This document shows positions 1 to 10,498 of a DNA stretch of 39,715 nt, piece after piece. Below the pieces are notes generated by a model. That model saw nothing but the letters and a program-made list of their open reading frames with translations, searched no databases and was not told the origin of the DNA. A program made the position numbers and the translations under genes. Where the stretch lies: IMG/VR virus record IMGVR_UViG_3300020258_000013, positions 1 to 39,715 of that record; one strand, given 5' to 3'. How positions within the stretch are numbered: the stretch's first letter is position 1; each line of letters begins with the position of its first letter. The stretch is from a virus (Duplodnaviria > Caudoviricetes).

Positions 1-1
1 A

Positions 2-727
2 GAATCGGCAAGTTTCTTATCTTCTACGACTAAGAAGCAGATTGTTGATCAAATGAAGAAGTACATGGTTGCTTCTGTCACCCCTGAGATTGTAGATCCT
101 TCTATTCTCTATATTGAAGCGACTTCAAGCATCTTCTACAGCACATCAATTACTACACAGAAACCAGAAGAGATCAGGAACAAAGTTATTTCTGGCATCA
201 ATTCTTACCTGGCACAATCAACCGTAGAAAAATTTAACGGAAAATTCAGATTTAGTAAGTTTGTGTCAACGATTGACAACTCAGATCGTTCAATCAACTC
301 TAACGCTACCAGCATCATGATGAGGAAGGATTTCTATCCTCAGATCAATTCTACCTCATTCTATGAGGTTTGTTTCCAAAATGAATTTGATAAAGAATGT
401 GACGGTCCAACCCTGATGTCTACAGGGTTCAAAGTCACTGAGTTCCCTTCATACACAGTGTATTTTGAAGATAGGGATGGCGTAATCGCCCTATATAGAT
501 TAGACAGTTTAACTGGTGAAAAAATCACGCTAAACGATTCTATCGGTAGCGTAGATTATGCTAAAGGTGAGATCATGCTTTTTGATCTAACTATCGTCCA
601 AGGTAGTTTCAGTGACAATAAAATTGAGATTCGTGTTAAACCTTTGTCAAATGATGTCAATGCTTCTAGAGAACTCTATCTAGATGTTGATGTAACTAAG
701 AGTAAATTCACGGTATACCCAGAGTAA
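2..727 (+). CDS. gp6: Baseplate wedge subunit gp6, C-terminal part (5'-truncated by window edge)
   Basis: The frame is open from position 2 (ESASFLSSTTKKQIVDQM...), so the ATG at 53 is internal. Motifs FNGKFRFSKFVSTIDNSD, MSTGFKV and GSVDYAKGEI match the C-terminus of T4-like gp6, and the gene sits directly upstream of gp7 and gp8. Confidence 0.85.
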   Translation, partial: ESASFLSSTTKKQIVDQMKKYMVASVTPEIVDPSILYIEATSSIFYSTSITTQKPEEIRNKVISGINSYLAQSTVEKFNGKFRFSKFVSTIDNSDRSINSNATSIMMRKDFYPQINSTSFYEVCFQNEFDKECDGPTLMSTGFKVTEFPSYTVYFEDRDGVIALYRLDSLTGEKITLNDSIGSVDYAKGEIMLFDLTIVQGSFSDNKIEIRVKPLSNDVNASRELYLDVDVTKSKFTVYPE

Positions 728-733
728 GATTAG

Positions 734-3700
734 ATGCCAGCCAAGAAGAGAAGGTTATCGTCCCTGATCGAGTCTCAACTCCCAGGGTTTATCCAGTACG
801 AGTACGAAAATTTCTCGAAGTTCGTAGAAAAATACTACGAGCAGCAGGAGTCTGCTGGTCAACCATTAGATGTAATCTCTAACCTGAGTAGTTACAGAGA
901 TATCAACTTCTATGAGAAGAACCTACTAAATCAACAATCTACTCTAGTATCTTCAATTACTGCTGATGCTAATACTTTTGAACTAGAGAATGGTAGTTCA
1001 TTCCCAGAACAGGATGGGTATGTCCAGATTGGCGATGAAATTCTGTTTTACCAGACAAGATCTGGTAATGTATTCTCCGAGGTTTCTAGAGGTGTTAGTG
1101 GAAACACCACTTTAGGAGATCTATACACCAAATCAACATTTGTTACAACAGCAGCTGCTGCCCATTATCAGGGCAATGTTGTAAGAAATATCAGTAATCT
1201 ATTTTTGTATGCTCTAGTTAAAGAGTTTGAAAAGACCTATCTGGCAGAGTTTCCAGAGGCATATCTCAAAGAAGATGTTGATAGAAGGTCTTTAATCAAG
1301 AACATCACTTCGTTCTACAAGACGAAGGGCACTGACAAGTCCATTAAGTTTATCTTTAACTCGATTGTCAGCAAGGATTCCTCGGATGTTCCAGAGGTTA
1401 TCAAACCAAAGGACTACACACTAAAGACTTCTGTATCTGACTGGACCAAAAACTATTCACTTAAGGTGAAGGTAAACGGTGGAGACGTTTTTAGTCTAAT
1501 CGGTCAACGAATCACCCAAGATATTGACGGGTATGATCGTGGGATTGAATTTGCTCAAGCAGTAGTAGATAACGTCATCTCTATTGGTAGTGATGGTCAA
1601 GAAGACCTGTATGAGGTTATTCTAGAACCATCTACTGTAAATGGCACCTTCCAAGTATCTGGAAGAACTACAACTACAGTCTTGCTGAGTGCTACTGCCA
1701 CTACTGATGATAGAATCACTGTAAAATCCACAATGGGTTTCCCACAGTCTGGAAAAATTGTGGTAGGTGATGAAATTATCACTTACAAAGATAAGACTGT
1801 CAATCAATTTATCATTGACCAGCGTATTGGTCCTATCAGAAACCATAACATTGGTAAAACTGTATATCGTTACTCTACCATCACTGGTAATGGTGTAAAA
1901 CTCACCTCTCTTGGTATTCTCTACAATATCCTCCCATCAAAGTCTGCTCCATACTCTGTAACTGGAGATTCTATTCAAGTTGGTGATGCTGGGTTTGAAA
2001 CTAACAACCCTATCGCTTATGACGCCAATCTTCTTAGAAACAGATGGAGGATCAACGAAGATCCTTCTACAAATACATCCAGAATCAGAACTGCCCTACA
2101 ACCATGGGTTTCTGATGTTGGAGCAGTGTTTGAAGATGATCAATACTACTACATCTGTTCTTCATCGTATCCTTCTGGCAATATTTTAGTTGATACAGAA
2201 TATAGCGTCAACCTATTAGATCAAAAGCACTTAAAACTAATCCGTAAGCAACCTGTTACTACAACTGAGGTTTACGAGACATCAAACAGAGATGTTGGTA
2301 TTTTCATCAATGGTGTTCCTGCTGTAGGATACAAGTCGGAAGAATTTGTCAAGAACGGTGCTATCGAGTCGATTGAAGTTAATACCAGAGGATTCTCTTA
2401 CGTCAATCCACCTTTTGTTCTTATCAACGAAATGCCTAACAAGGCAAGATGTACACTGAATGGTGGCGTTGTTGGTGATATTGAAGTTCTCACTACAGAA
2501 AACTTCACTGACGATCCTGCTGTTAGAATCACTTCTGGCGAAGGAGCAATTCTAGAACCAGTCATTACTGCTGGTGCTATTACTAGCATGAATATCGTCA
2601 ATGCTGGTAAGTATTATTCTTCACCCCCAGTCATCCGTATCGTAGACCAACTGGGTAAAGGTAACTTTGCTGAATTCGAGGCAGTCCTTGATTCTGATGG
2701 AAGTATTAGTGAAGTAAAGAAAATTAGTGTAGGTAGATTCTATACTAGAGGGTACACTACTGTTGTTGTAGAACCTGTCGGTAAAAATGCTACTGCTACA
2801 GCAAAAATCAAGCGTTGGGTATTCAATAGATACCATCAAGTAAAAAATAATATCGATAGTAGCAATGGCACCGTTCTTGCCAACTACAACCCATTGAGAG
2901 AGTATGGTTATGCTTATATTGCTAACCCTGTAGAAGCAAGGAAGAAAGCGTACATCAACGAATCTGCTTATAATTCTAACGTAGCAAACGGGACAATACA
3001 CTCGCCTATCATTGGTTATGCCTATGATGGTAATCCCATTTATGGTCCTTTTGGTTATTCAGATCCTTATTCTGCTCTCTCCCCTGTTGCTAAGTTAGAG
3101 TCTGGATATGTTTTGAATGGATCTAGACCTAATGGTCCAGATACTGGCAAATATCCTATTGGATCGTTTATTGATGACTATCGCTGGGTTCCTAGTATCT
3201 ACTCTGGTAAAACAGAACTTGACCAGAACAATGGTAGATTCTGTGTAACACCAGAATACCCAGATGGTACGTATGCTTACTTCATTACTGTCGATGCTAA
3301 TGAAGTTCCTCAGTTCCCATATATCTTGGGTGTCAACTATTATTCACTACCAGTAGATTCTAACTACAACTCCAATATTTCTCAGGATGATATTCCTGTT
3401 GGACTAAAGCAATTGAGATCTGGACTGTCTGAAAGGAATGGCAGTGGATTCTCTGGATTGCTACAGGATGTCAAATCTGGTAATGTCAGCAGTGGTTATG
3501 TAGAATCTTCTACTAACAACTTCTCTCCTGGAAACAACGTATACCTAGACAATACAAGAACTGGAGGCGGTGATGCTGTTGTCACAGTAGATCAAGTTAC
3601 TGGTCAAACTGTATCTAGTATTGAGTCTACTCAGACTAAGGCAACTCAGATCAAAATCCAAGAAAATGCTTACCTGTTTGAGGGAGACACTCTTACTCAA

Positions 3701-6700
3701 GAAGCTGAGGATGGTACAATTGTCGCTACTGGTGACTTGATTGGCGACGTATTCAATACTAACGAGATGGTCGTTAGAAACGTAGCAGGAACTTTCAACT
3801 TAACTGATCCTATTGACTCCGAAACCCTAGTCGTGACCTTGGTTTTGGACTCCGACGCTAACTTCACTGCTGGCGCTACGATGAGGTTGACTAATGATGA
3901 TAATGAAGATCAAGCGACAGGAACTATTCTAGAATCAACCAATAGACAGAATTCAGTTAAGATTAGAGTTACTAGCGTCTCTAACTTCTTTGTAACATCA
4001 AATTATTACTTGAGAAGTTCCAATCTTAGTGATACTAACCGTGTAGAAATTGTTTCGGTAACTTCTCTAAGCACAGGACTAACTCCATTCATTGTAGATG
4101 AAAACGTTGCTATTGCCACAACTGTCGAGAATCACAATCTAGGTAAAGGTGACAAAGTAACCGTAGACATCCTACCAAACGATGCTGCTACTACAACAAC
4201 GTATTATGTAAGAAAGCGTCTATATCAAACTGGTGTTGCCATACAACCCGAGCACAATTCTGTTATTGTAGATGAAGGTATTGGTAGTGCCGATGTACTT
4301 AACAGTGGTTTTGGTTATACTACTGCCATGTACTATGATGTTGAACTAATTTTCCGTGATTCTTCTTTGGCAAGAAATGATGTCGGTTTGCCTGGAGATT
4401 CTGGTAACGCCAGAGCAACTATTGATGTATCCAATCCTCAAGGTTTGGGTTCTGGTGGTGTTGCTAGTATTATCATTACTACAAAAGGTAAGGGATACAA
4501 GAAAGGAGATATCCTCACCGTTGCCGATGTTGATCTCGGTAGATCAGTAACTGAAGAGTCTCCACAGAGACTAGTTCTTGAAGTAGATCATGTTGGATTT
4601 GCTTACGACAACACTATTCTAAACCTATCTAATGTCAATAACGTTTCTCAAGATGATTTCTTGATTATTGGACCTGAGATTGTAAAAGTTAAAGCTGTTG
4701 ATACACAAACTGACCAAGTAACCGTCGAAAGAGGTCAGCAAGGGACAACACCAACCAATCACTATAATGATGCTGCTGTAACTCTCAAAGATGGATTCTA
4801 CAGATTTGATGACAACTTCAGACCCTTTGGAGCAGACATAGCAAAACCATTCTTGATTCAATATGATACAGACACACAAGTAATTGACGTGTCTTATGAT
4901 TACAATGCTAATCAACCTCAAGTTCTATCTAATAGTTCTTCATTCTTTGATAGCAGTATTCCACAGAAACTAGTTCTATTCAAAACTGTTGAGGAAGAAG
5001 CATTTAAACTTGAATTCTCTTCTGACAATACCAACTTCAGTATTAATCCAGTATTAGACATTCAAAAGTATTACAAGTATATCTTTGATGTCAGTCACTT
5101 CTCTATGAGTGACACATTCTTAGATTTCTCTTCTAGTGCTAACTATAATATTTTCACAGAAGAAAAAGAGACTAGTGGCATTGCTCCTGGTAATGCTGGT
5201 TCCTTTGTTTCTATTAAATTAGGATTTGGACCTGCTATTGCTACTAACACATATCAAGAACGTAGAGCGATTAATTTCCAGAACTACTTCTACTTTATTA
5301 AGGTATCTCCAAATGTTGATACTGGCGGATCTTATTTAAGAATTATTGATGACCCATTGGCGGGTTTGAAAGAAGTTATCTATAATACTGATACCAAATT
5401 TGTATATTCCATCAACGAAACCCCAGCGTATGATGGTAGTGGAGATATTTCATATATCACAGATTCTCGACTAGCAATTGGCAGCATCCATTCAGTACGA
5501 GTTGTTAATACTGGTGAAGGGTACAACTTACTTCCTATTGTTTCTGGTGTTCTTCCAACTTCTGTAAATGAAGCAGCAGTAGAACCTGTTTGGGATCCAG
5601 CAAGACAAGTTGTTACTGGATTTACAATTACTGATCAAGGTGATAATTACTCAAAACCTGTAGTTATCCTAACAGATACAGATGGATCAAGATATGAGTA
5701 TGCTTGTGAACAGTATCAAGGAAAACTCAGTAAAGTAGAGGTATTGAAAGAAGGTGCTGGATTCACATATCCACCAACAGCAAAGATTATCGAATCTGAC
5801 GTAACAATTTACCTTGAGTCTACTAATATTGGTGTACCACAAAATGTCAAGATCAATGATCCTGGACGTGGATATAATAATGACGATTCTTTACTAGGAT
5901 CATACAAGTCTCCCACTACATTTGTTCTACGTAATATTAATGGTCCATTCTATCCTGGTGAGAAGATTAGACAGTTGTCTTCAACCGCTACAGCAATTGT
6001 TGCTAGAGATGGTTTCAGGGAAGGAAGCAACCTACTGAGAGTAATTAGTATTGATGGTGTTTTTGATACAGGTAGCACAATCAAATCTGTTCTTGGTAAT
6101 AGAACTGCTACCCTGTATGCTCAAGTATCTACAGAGTTTGAACCTGATATCAGATCTTACGTAGATAATTTCGGATTCTATGGTTCTGACAGAGGAAAAC
6201 TTAGCAATGCTAACCAGCGTCTACAAGACTCGTATTTCTATCAAGACTATTCTTATGTAATTAGATCCAAGACATCTATTACAGAATGGCGAGAACTAAT
6301 TAAGAAAACAACTCACCCAGCTGGATTCCAGATGTTTGGTGAAATGGTTGTTGAAAGTCAGGCTGCTGCCCCGATGCCTGTCAGTCAACCATCTCTTAAT
6401 TATGTTAGTACAATTGAACTACCACCAGTACAAATTACTTCTCTTAATACTAGACAGTTAATTACACTCACTCAGTATAAACTAGAACAACTTAATGTAG
6501 AAGAGGGACGTGGTTCTATCTCGGTCGATACTTTCGATGCTACCGAGACAGTTACTTATAATGTAAGTCTTTCTCCTGCTTTTGATGGTAAGTTTGATCC
6601 AGCGACAGGTAACTTGATTGGTAACACAGAGTTTACTCTAATTGACAAGAAGAATGGATTAGCACTACAACTTACCAAAAATGAGCAACTCATCTGTACT

Positions 6701-9700
6701 CTAGATGGTATTTTCCAAGAACCAGGCAAAGCATTCACTATCAGTGGTAACAAAATCACTTTTGCTGAACCTCCTCTTGGTGCCCGTGTTGTAGAAGGTC
6801 AAGATGTTGATCCTGTTAAGTTCTACGGCAGAGCGATCAAGTTCAAGGAATCTTCTTTCAATGACAGATACTTCAGAAAGATTAAATCAATTGCTGATCA
6901 ATTTGATGGTGTCAAGACAGACTTCCCTCTGTATTGGGAAGATGGCACTATTGTAAAAACTGATATTCTAGAAAATCTCATCGTTGGACTCAATGGAGTA
7001 ATCCAAAAAGCAAGAACTAATGTCACTGAACCATTCGGTAACGCTTACTCTATTATTAGAGATGAAGATGAGAATGTAACCGATATCATTCGTTTTACAA
7101 AACCACCTATTGATAATGAAGATCTTTATGGACCCCCTGAAGAACTTCCAGAAATTCTTAAGAACTACGAGCAGTGCTTTATTTACAGTGTTGGTAGTTA
7201 TGAGCGTTTGACAATTAACTCAACATTATATGAATATAGATTTGGTGGACCATACCTAATTCAAGATGAAGTAACTAATTCTGTAAGAAAAATTGATGAT
7301 CCAAAGTATGCTTTGGTATTCATCGACGGTGTTCTACAGAGAGATACTGATTCTTACACTATTGTCGGTCCAAACATTACCTTCACTAAACCACTCCAGT
7401 TCTCCGAGAACTCTGCTGGCAATAGAGCGGTACAAGATGTAAACATCATCCTAATGTATGGTAGAGATGTAGCAAAGACTCTTACTTTCTACGATTTCGA
7501 ACCATCTACCTACAACAATACAATTTTTGTTACCTTCGAAGGCACTGGTATTGGCGACTCGATGAGACCTCAGCTAGACCAGTTTAGTGGAGAGAACTTC
7601 CACCTCAAGCAAGGTAATAATGTAGTCGGTAAAGTACAAAACGTCAAGAGAGAAACTTCTGATAAAGTTGTGTTGACTATCAAGTCGCCACTCAATATTA
7701 CTATTGACGAAACTACTCCTTTCAGTGTTTGTGTTGTAGGAGATGAGTATAATCCTGTTCTTATTACTGGAACATATACAACAACTGCCACCTATAAGAC
7801 TGATGATGAAGGATTACGTCTACTAGAGAAAGATGTTCCTGCTTGGTTGTATGGTGTAGAAGGTGGTAATGCTGCTTGGGCAAACAAGAACTCTATGTTT
7901 GCTAACCTCCTACCTGGAGACAAGATTATCATTGATGGCGAGAGTCAGTATCGTGAAATTGTAAGAACCCCTGATCAGGTATACACCAAATCTTTTGTTG
8001 ATGGTGACTTTATTCAAAATGAGCACTATGCTAAGGTTCAAGCAAGTAACTATGAGGGTGATACTGAAGGTGAAGGTCTGAGTATCACTGCCAATGTAAA
8101 CCAATTCGGTGCTGTCACTACTCTCAACGTTGCTGACGTTGAGTTCAACCAGAGAGACCTAACATTATTCTTTGATGAAGGCATTCTCCTACAACCAACT
8201 GCTTATGAATACTTCACTACTCCTGAAGTCCACTTCATTCCTGTAGATGGCAATGGTGGCGGAGCAAAAGCAGAAGTTATTGCCTATGGTGGTCAGATTC
8301 TTGATGTTGTTCTAACTGAAGGTGGCAGTGGATACACCCAACCACCAAGAGTTGTTGTAGCAAGAAGATATAAGAGAATCAAAGAACTCAATCGTAAGAT
8401 TGATACTCTAATTCGTATTAATGTTCAGACTGATATTGATTCTGTCTTCTCTATGATCGGTCAAACCGAGATTAGAATTGAGGGTGGTCCATTCAGTCCA
8501 CAGGGTATTGCTTCTATCATTAGTTTCGGTGGATTTGACCCAGCACTCAATACTAATAGAGATGTTACTAGTATTGTTAACACTCTTGCTGGCGAAGAAC
8601 GTGATGCCAGGATGACTGACGAGAAGTTCCCAACAGAAGCGAGAGTACAATCTCCTGCTGTTCTTCTCGAAAACGTATTTACACTCGAAGAAGACTTGAT
8701 CATTACTCAGGTCATTGGTGGTGTTGTTGGATTTGAAGCAGTTGCTACTCTGGAGACTATTACTACAGAGGAAATCACCAAGAGCTTCCAGACAGTCGTC
8801 AATGATGCCTTCCTACCAAAAGGAGTTCCAACTGCTGGTGGTCTTGGAACATTCATCGATGCTCCTGTCTCCGATACTTCTACTATCATCTATGCTGCCA
8901 ACACTCAAGGATTCCCAGATACTCCTGCCAGAATTCTTGTTGGTGGCGAGTATATTTACTACAGAAGGAAAGAGAAAGATAGATTCCTCGATGTTATTAG
9001 AGGATATCAAGGAAGTGTCCCATCTGCTCACAACCCTGGCGATCTAATTCTATCTCAACCTGAATTCACTGTTCTTCTCTCTGGTGGTATCAATACTATC
9101 CTCAGTGAGGGCAGTGTTGCTCAGTCTTCTGTAACTCAAATAGAGAAGAAAGCACAAATTCAGTTCGTTACTGAAGCGATCGATACTGTAACAAATACTC
9201 ACGAAATCAAGCAGATCATTGATGCTGAAGGGGAAGTTATTCTAGAGCGTGTAGATAAGCAGATTACTATTATCCCACCAACTTCCTACAACATTGTTAC
9301 TAATGTTCATTCTACTCACTCCAGAGTTTCCAAGGCATCTGCTGGTCTTGCTGGTGTGTTTGGTATTGGTGGAGAAGTCTTAACTGCTGGTCCAGAAACA
9401 ACTGAAATTCAACTCACTCAAGAAAAGCAACTTGAAGTTGATACTTCATCAGCAATTACCTCCATTTCTATTGGTAATGTTGCTGCTACGGCAGAGTCGA
9501 GTTCACAGGTTGTCACTACAACACATAATAAGACTATCAGTACCAACCAAGTACAGTTTGATGTAGTGAATACATTATCAACAGTCTTTACTCAAATTGT
9601 TGAGAATCCACAGACTAGTATTGACACTCTGTCTTCCAACATTGTAACATTTACTAACTTGAGTGTTTCTAGGAAGGCACTTAGAGAAGTACAGACTGTA

Positions 9701-10453
9701 TCACAACCATTCGTAATGCACAAGTCAAGAGAAGTTACAACTTCTCTACAAGACATTGATACTGAGTTCACTAGAATTTCTATGGTTCTTGGTGGTGTGA
9801 ATGCTACCGCCTCTGGTGGTACTGAAATTGATTATCGTTATGCCTTTGTTGACTTTATTATTGAAGAATATGTGCTACAGAAATATGTTATTCAAAGAAA
9901 TGGCAACCAAGTAAATCTTGCTCAACCATATAATCAAGTAGTTCGTAGAGATGGTTCTATAACTACTGTTGAAAACAGAAACCAGAATACTCCTCCAGGA
10001 TTCGAGGATTACAACCTTGGTAATGCTGGATTGACTCTTGGAGCATTTGAAAACAACTTCACAGTTGATAGTGGTGTTGCTTCTGGTCTCTCTATTGCTG
10101 ATGTTGACGCCATTTATCCTGACCTTACTATTAGAGACTTCCAGTTTAGAGAAACTTCTGCTTTACTGGGCAATGGTAATAGATTCAATCTTGGCATTCC
10201 TACCTATCAGCAACCAATGTCTGAAGTTGCTACTGGTATCAATGCTCAAGGCGACATGACATTAGATTCTACTGAATACTTCCCAACTTCGGGTCACCTT
10301 CTAATTAGAAATAATAGTGGTGTCAATATAGATACCTTGTCTGTAATTTCATATACAGGCAAGAGCGGCACCACATTGAGTGGATGCCAGTTGGTAAGAG
10401 GAGCAAGTTTCCCCACAAACGGAGACTTAGCAACTCCCTTCTCTATCGTATAA
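734..10453 (+). CDS. gp7: Baseplate wedge initiator gp7, enlarged multi-domain cyanophage type (3239 aa) with a YHYH-like domain
   Basis: N-terminal SLIESQLPGFI...FVEKYYE and NITSFYKTKGTDKSIKFIF (~1301-1366); conserved LQDSYFYQDYSYVIRS...WRELIKKTTHPAGFQMFGE (~6221-6343); synteny between gp6 and gp8. Confidence 0.85.
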   Translation: MPAKKRRLSSLIESQLPGFIQYEYENFSKFVEKYYEQQESAGQPLDVISNLSSYRDINFYEKNLLNQQSTLVSSITADANTFELENGSSFPEQDGYVQIGDEILFYQTRSGNVFSEVSRGVSGNTTLGDLYTKSTFVTTAAAAHYQGNVVRNISNLFLYALVKEFEKTYLAEFPEAYLKEDVDRRSLIKNITSFYKTKGTDKSIKFIFNSIVSKDSSDVPEVIKPKDYTLKTSVSDWTKNYSLKVKVNGGDVFSLIGQRITQDIDGYDRGIEFAQAVVDNVISIGSDGQEDLYEVILEPSTVNGTFQVSGRTTTTVLLSATATTDDRITVKSTMGFPQSGKIVVGDEIITYKDKTVNQFIIDQRIGPIRNHNIGKTVYRYSTITGNGVKLTSLGILYNILPSKSAPYSVTGDSIQVGDAGFETNNPIAYDANLLRNRWRINEDPSTNTSRIRTALQPWVSDVGAVFEDDQYYYICSSSYPSGNILVDTEYSVNLLDQKHLKLIRKQPVTTTEVYETSNRDVGIFINGVPAVGYKSEEFVKNGAIESIEVNTRGFSYVNPPFVLINEMPNKARCTLNGGVVGDIEVLTTENFTDDPAVRITSGEGAILEPVITAGAITSMNIVNAGKYYSSPPVIRIVDQLGKGNFAEFEAVLDSDGSISEVKKISVGRFYTRGYTTVVVEPVGKNATATAKIKRWVFNRYHQVKNNIDSSNGTVLANYNPLREYGYAYIANPVEARKKAYINESAYNSNVANGTIHSPIIGYAYDGNPIYGPFGYSDPYSALSPVAKLESGYVLNGSRPNGPDTGKYPIGSFIDDYRWVPSIYSGKTELDQNNGRFCVTPEYPDGTYAYFITVDANEVPQFPYILGVNYYSLPVDSNYNSNISQDDIPVGLKQLRSGLSERNGSGFSGLLQDVKSGNVSSGYVESSTNNFSPGNNVYLDNTRTGGGDAVVTVDQVTGQTVSSIESTQTKATQIKIQENAYLFEGDTLTQEAEDGTIVATGDLIGDVFNTNEMVVRNVAGTFNLTDPIDSETLVVTLVLDSDANFTAGATMRLTNDDNEDQATGTILESTNRQNSVKIRVTSVSNFFVTSNYYLRSSNLSDTNRVEIVSVTSLSTGLTPFIVDENVAIATTVENHNLGKGDKVTVDILPNDAATTTTYYVRKRLYQTGVAIQPEHNSVIVDEGIGSADVLNSGFGYTTAMYYDVELIFRDSSLARNDVGLPGDSGNARATIDVSNPQGLGSGGVASIIITTKGKGYKKGDILTVADVDLGRSVTEESPQRLVLEVDHVGFAYDNTILNLSNVNNVSQDDFLIIGPEIVKVKAVDTQTDQVTVERGQQGTTPTNHYNDAAVTLKDGFYRFDDNFRPFGADIAKPFLIQYDTDTQVIDVSYDYNANQPQVLSNSSSFFDSSIPQKLVLFKTVEEEAFKLEFSSDNTNFSINPVLDIQKYYKYIFDVSHFSMSDTFLDFSSSANYNIFTEEKETSGIAPGNAGSFVSIKLGFGPAIATNTYQERRAINFQNYFYFIKVSPNVDTGGSYLRIIDDPLAGLKEVIYNTDTKFVYSINETPAYDGSGDISYITDSRLAIGSIHSVRVVNTGEGYNLLPIVSGVLPTSVNEAAVEPVWDPARQVVTGFTITDQGDNYSKPVVILTDTDGSRYEYACEQYQGKLSKVEVLKEGAGFTYPPTAKIIESDVTIYLESTNIGVPQNVKINDPGRGYNNDDSLLGSYKSPTTFVLRNINGPFYPGEKIRQLSSTATAIVARDGFREGSNLLRVISIDGVFDTGSTIKSVLGNRTATLYAQVSTEFEPDIRSYVDNFGFYGSDRGKLSNANQRLQDSYFYQDYSYVIRSKTSITEWRELIKKTTHPAGFQMFGEMVVESQAAAPMPVSQPSLNYVSTIELPPVQITSLNTRQLITLTQYKLEQLNVEEGRGSISVDTFDATETVTYNVSLSPAFDGKFDPATGNLIGNTEFTLIDKKNGLALQLTKNEQLICTLDGIFQEPGKAFTISGNKITFAEPPLGARVVEGQDVDPVKFYGRAIKFKESSFNDRYFRKIKSIADQFDGVKTDFPLYWEDGTIVKTDILENLIVGLNGVIQKARTNVTEPFGNAYSIIRDEDENVTDIIRFTKPPIDNEDLYGPPEELPEILKNYEQCFIYSVGSYERLTINSTLYEYRFGGPYLIQDEVTNSVRKIDDPKYALVFIDGVLQRDTDSYTIVGPNITFTKPLQFSENSAGNRAVQDVNIILMYGRDVAKTLTFYDFEPSTYNNTIFVTFEGTGIGDSMRPQLDQFSGENFHLKQGNNVVGKVQNVKRETSDKVVLTIKSPLNITIDETTPFSVCVVGDEYNPVLITGTYTTTATYKTDDEGLRLLEKDVPAWLYGVEGGNAAWANKNSMFANLLPGDKIIIDGESQYREIVRTPDQVYTKSFVDGDFIQNEHYAKVQASNYEGDTEGEGLSITANVNQFGAVTTLNVADVEFNQRDLTLFFDEGILLQPTAYEYFTTPEVHFIPVDGNGGGAKAEVIAYGGQILDVVLTEGGSGYTQPPRVVVARRYKRIKELNRKIDTLIRINVQTDIDSVFSMIGQTEIRIEGGPFSPQGIASIISFGGFDPALNTNRDVTSIVNTLAGEERDARMTDEKFPTEARVQSPAVLLENVFTLEEDLIITQVIGGVVGFEAVATLETITTEEITKSFQTVVNDAFLPKGVPTAGGLGTFIDAPVSDTSTIIYAANTQGFPDTPARILVGGEYIYYRRKEKDRFLDVIRGYQGSVPSAHNPGDLILSQPEFTVLLSGGINTILSEGSVAQSSVTQIEKKAQIQFVTEAIDTVTNTHEIKQIIDAEGEVILERVDKQITIIPPTSYNIVTNVHSTHSRVSKASAGLAGVFGIGGEVLTAGPETTEIQLTQEKQLEVDTSSAITSISIGNVAATAESSSQVVTTTHNKTISTNQVQFDVVNTLSTVFTQIVENPQTSIDTLSSNIVTFTNLSVSRKALREVQTVSQPFVMHKSREVTTSLQDIDTEFTRISMVLGGVNATASGGTEIDYRYAFVDFIIEEYVLQKYVIQRNGNQVNLAQPYNQVVRRDGSITTVENRNQNTPPGFEDYNLGNAGLTLGAFENNFTVDSGVASGLSIADVDAIYPDLTIRDFQFRETSALLGNGNRFNLGIPTYQQPMSEVATGINAQGDMTLDSTEYFPTSGHLLIRNNSGVNIDTLSVISYTGKSGTTLSGCQLVRGASFPTNGDLATPFSIV

Positions 10454-10462
10454 ATATAAATA
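10449..10462 (+). promoter_or_regulatory. Two overlapping T4-type late promoters (TATAAATA at 10449-10456 and 10455-10462)
   Basis: Sequence TATAAATATAAATA gives two exact matches to the gp55-dependent late consensus. It overlaps the gp7 stop codon and lies ~40 nt upstream of gp8. Confidence 0.85.
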
Positions 10463-10498
10463 AATCAGACAAAACGTTCACACCCCGAGAGATTATCA

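Noticed and set aside
53-727. ATG at 53 as the start of a 224-aa protein
   Set aside because: The frame is open to the window edge and the product matches only the C-terminal part of gp6.
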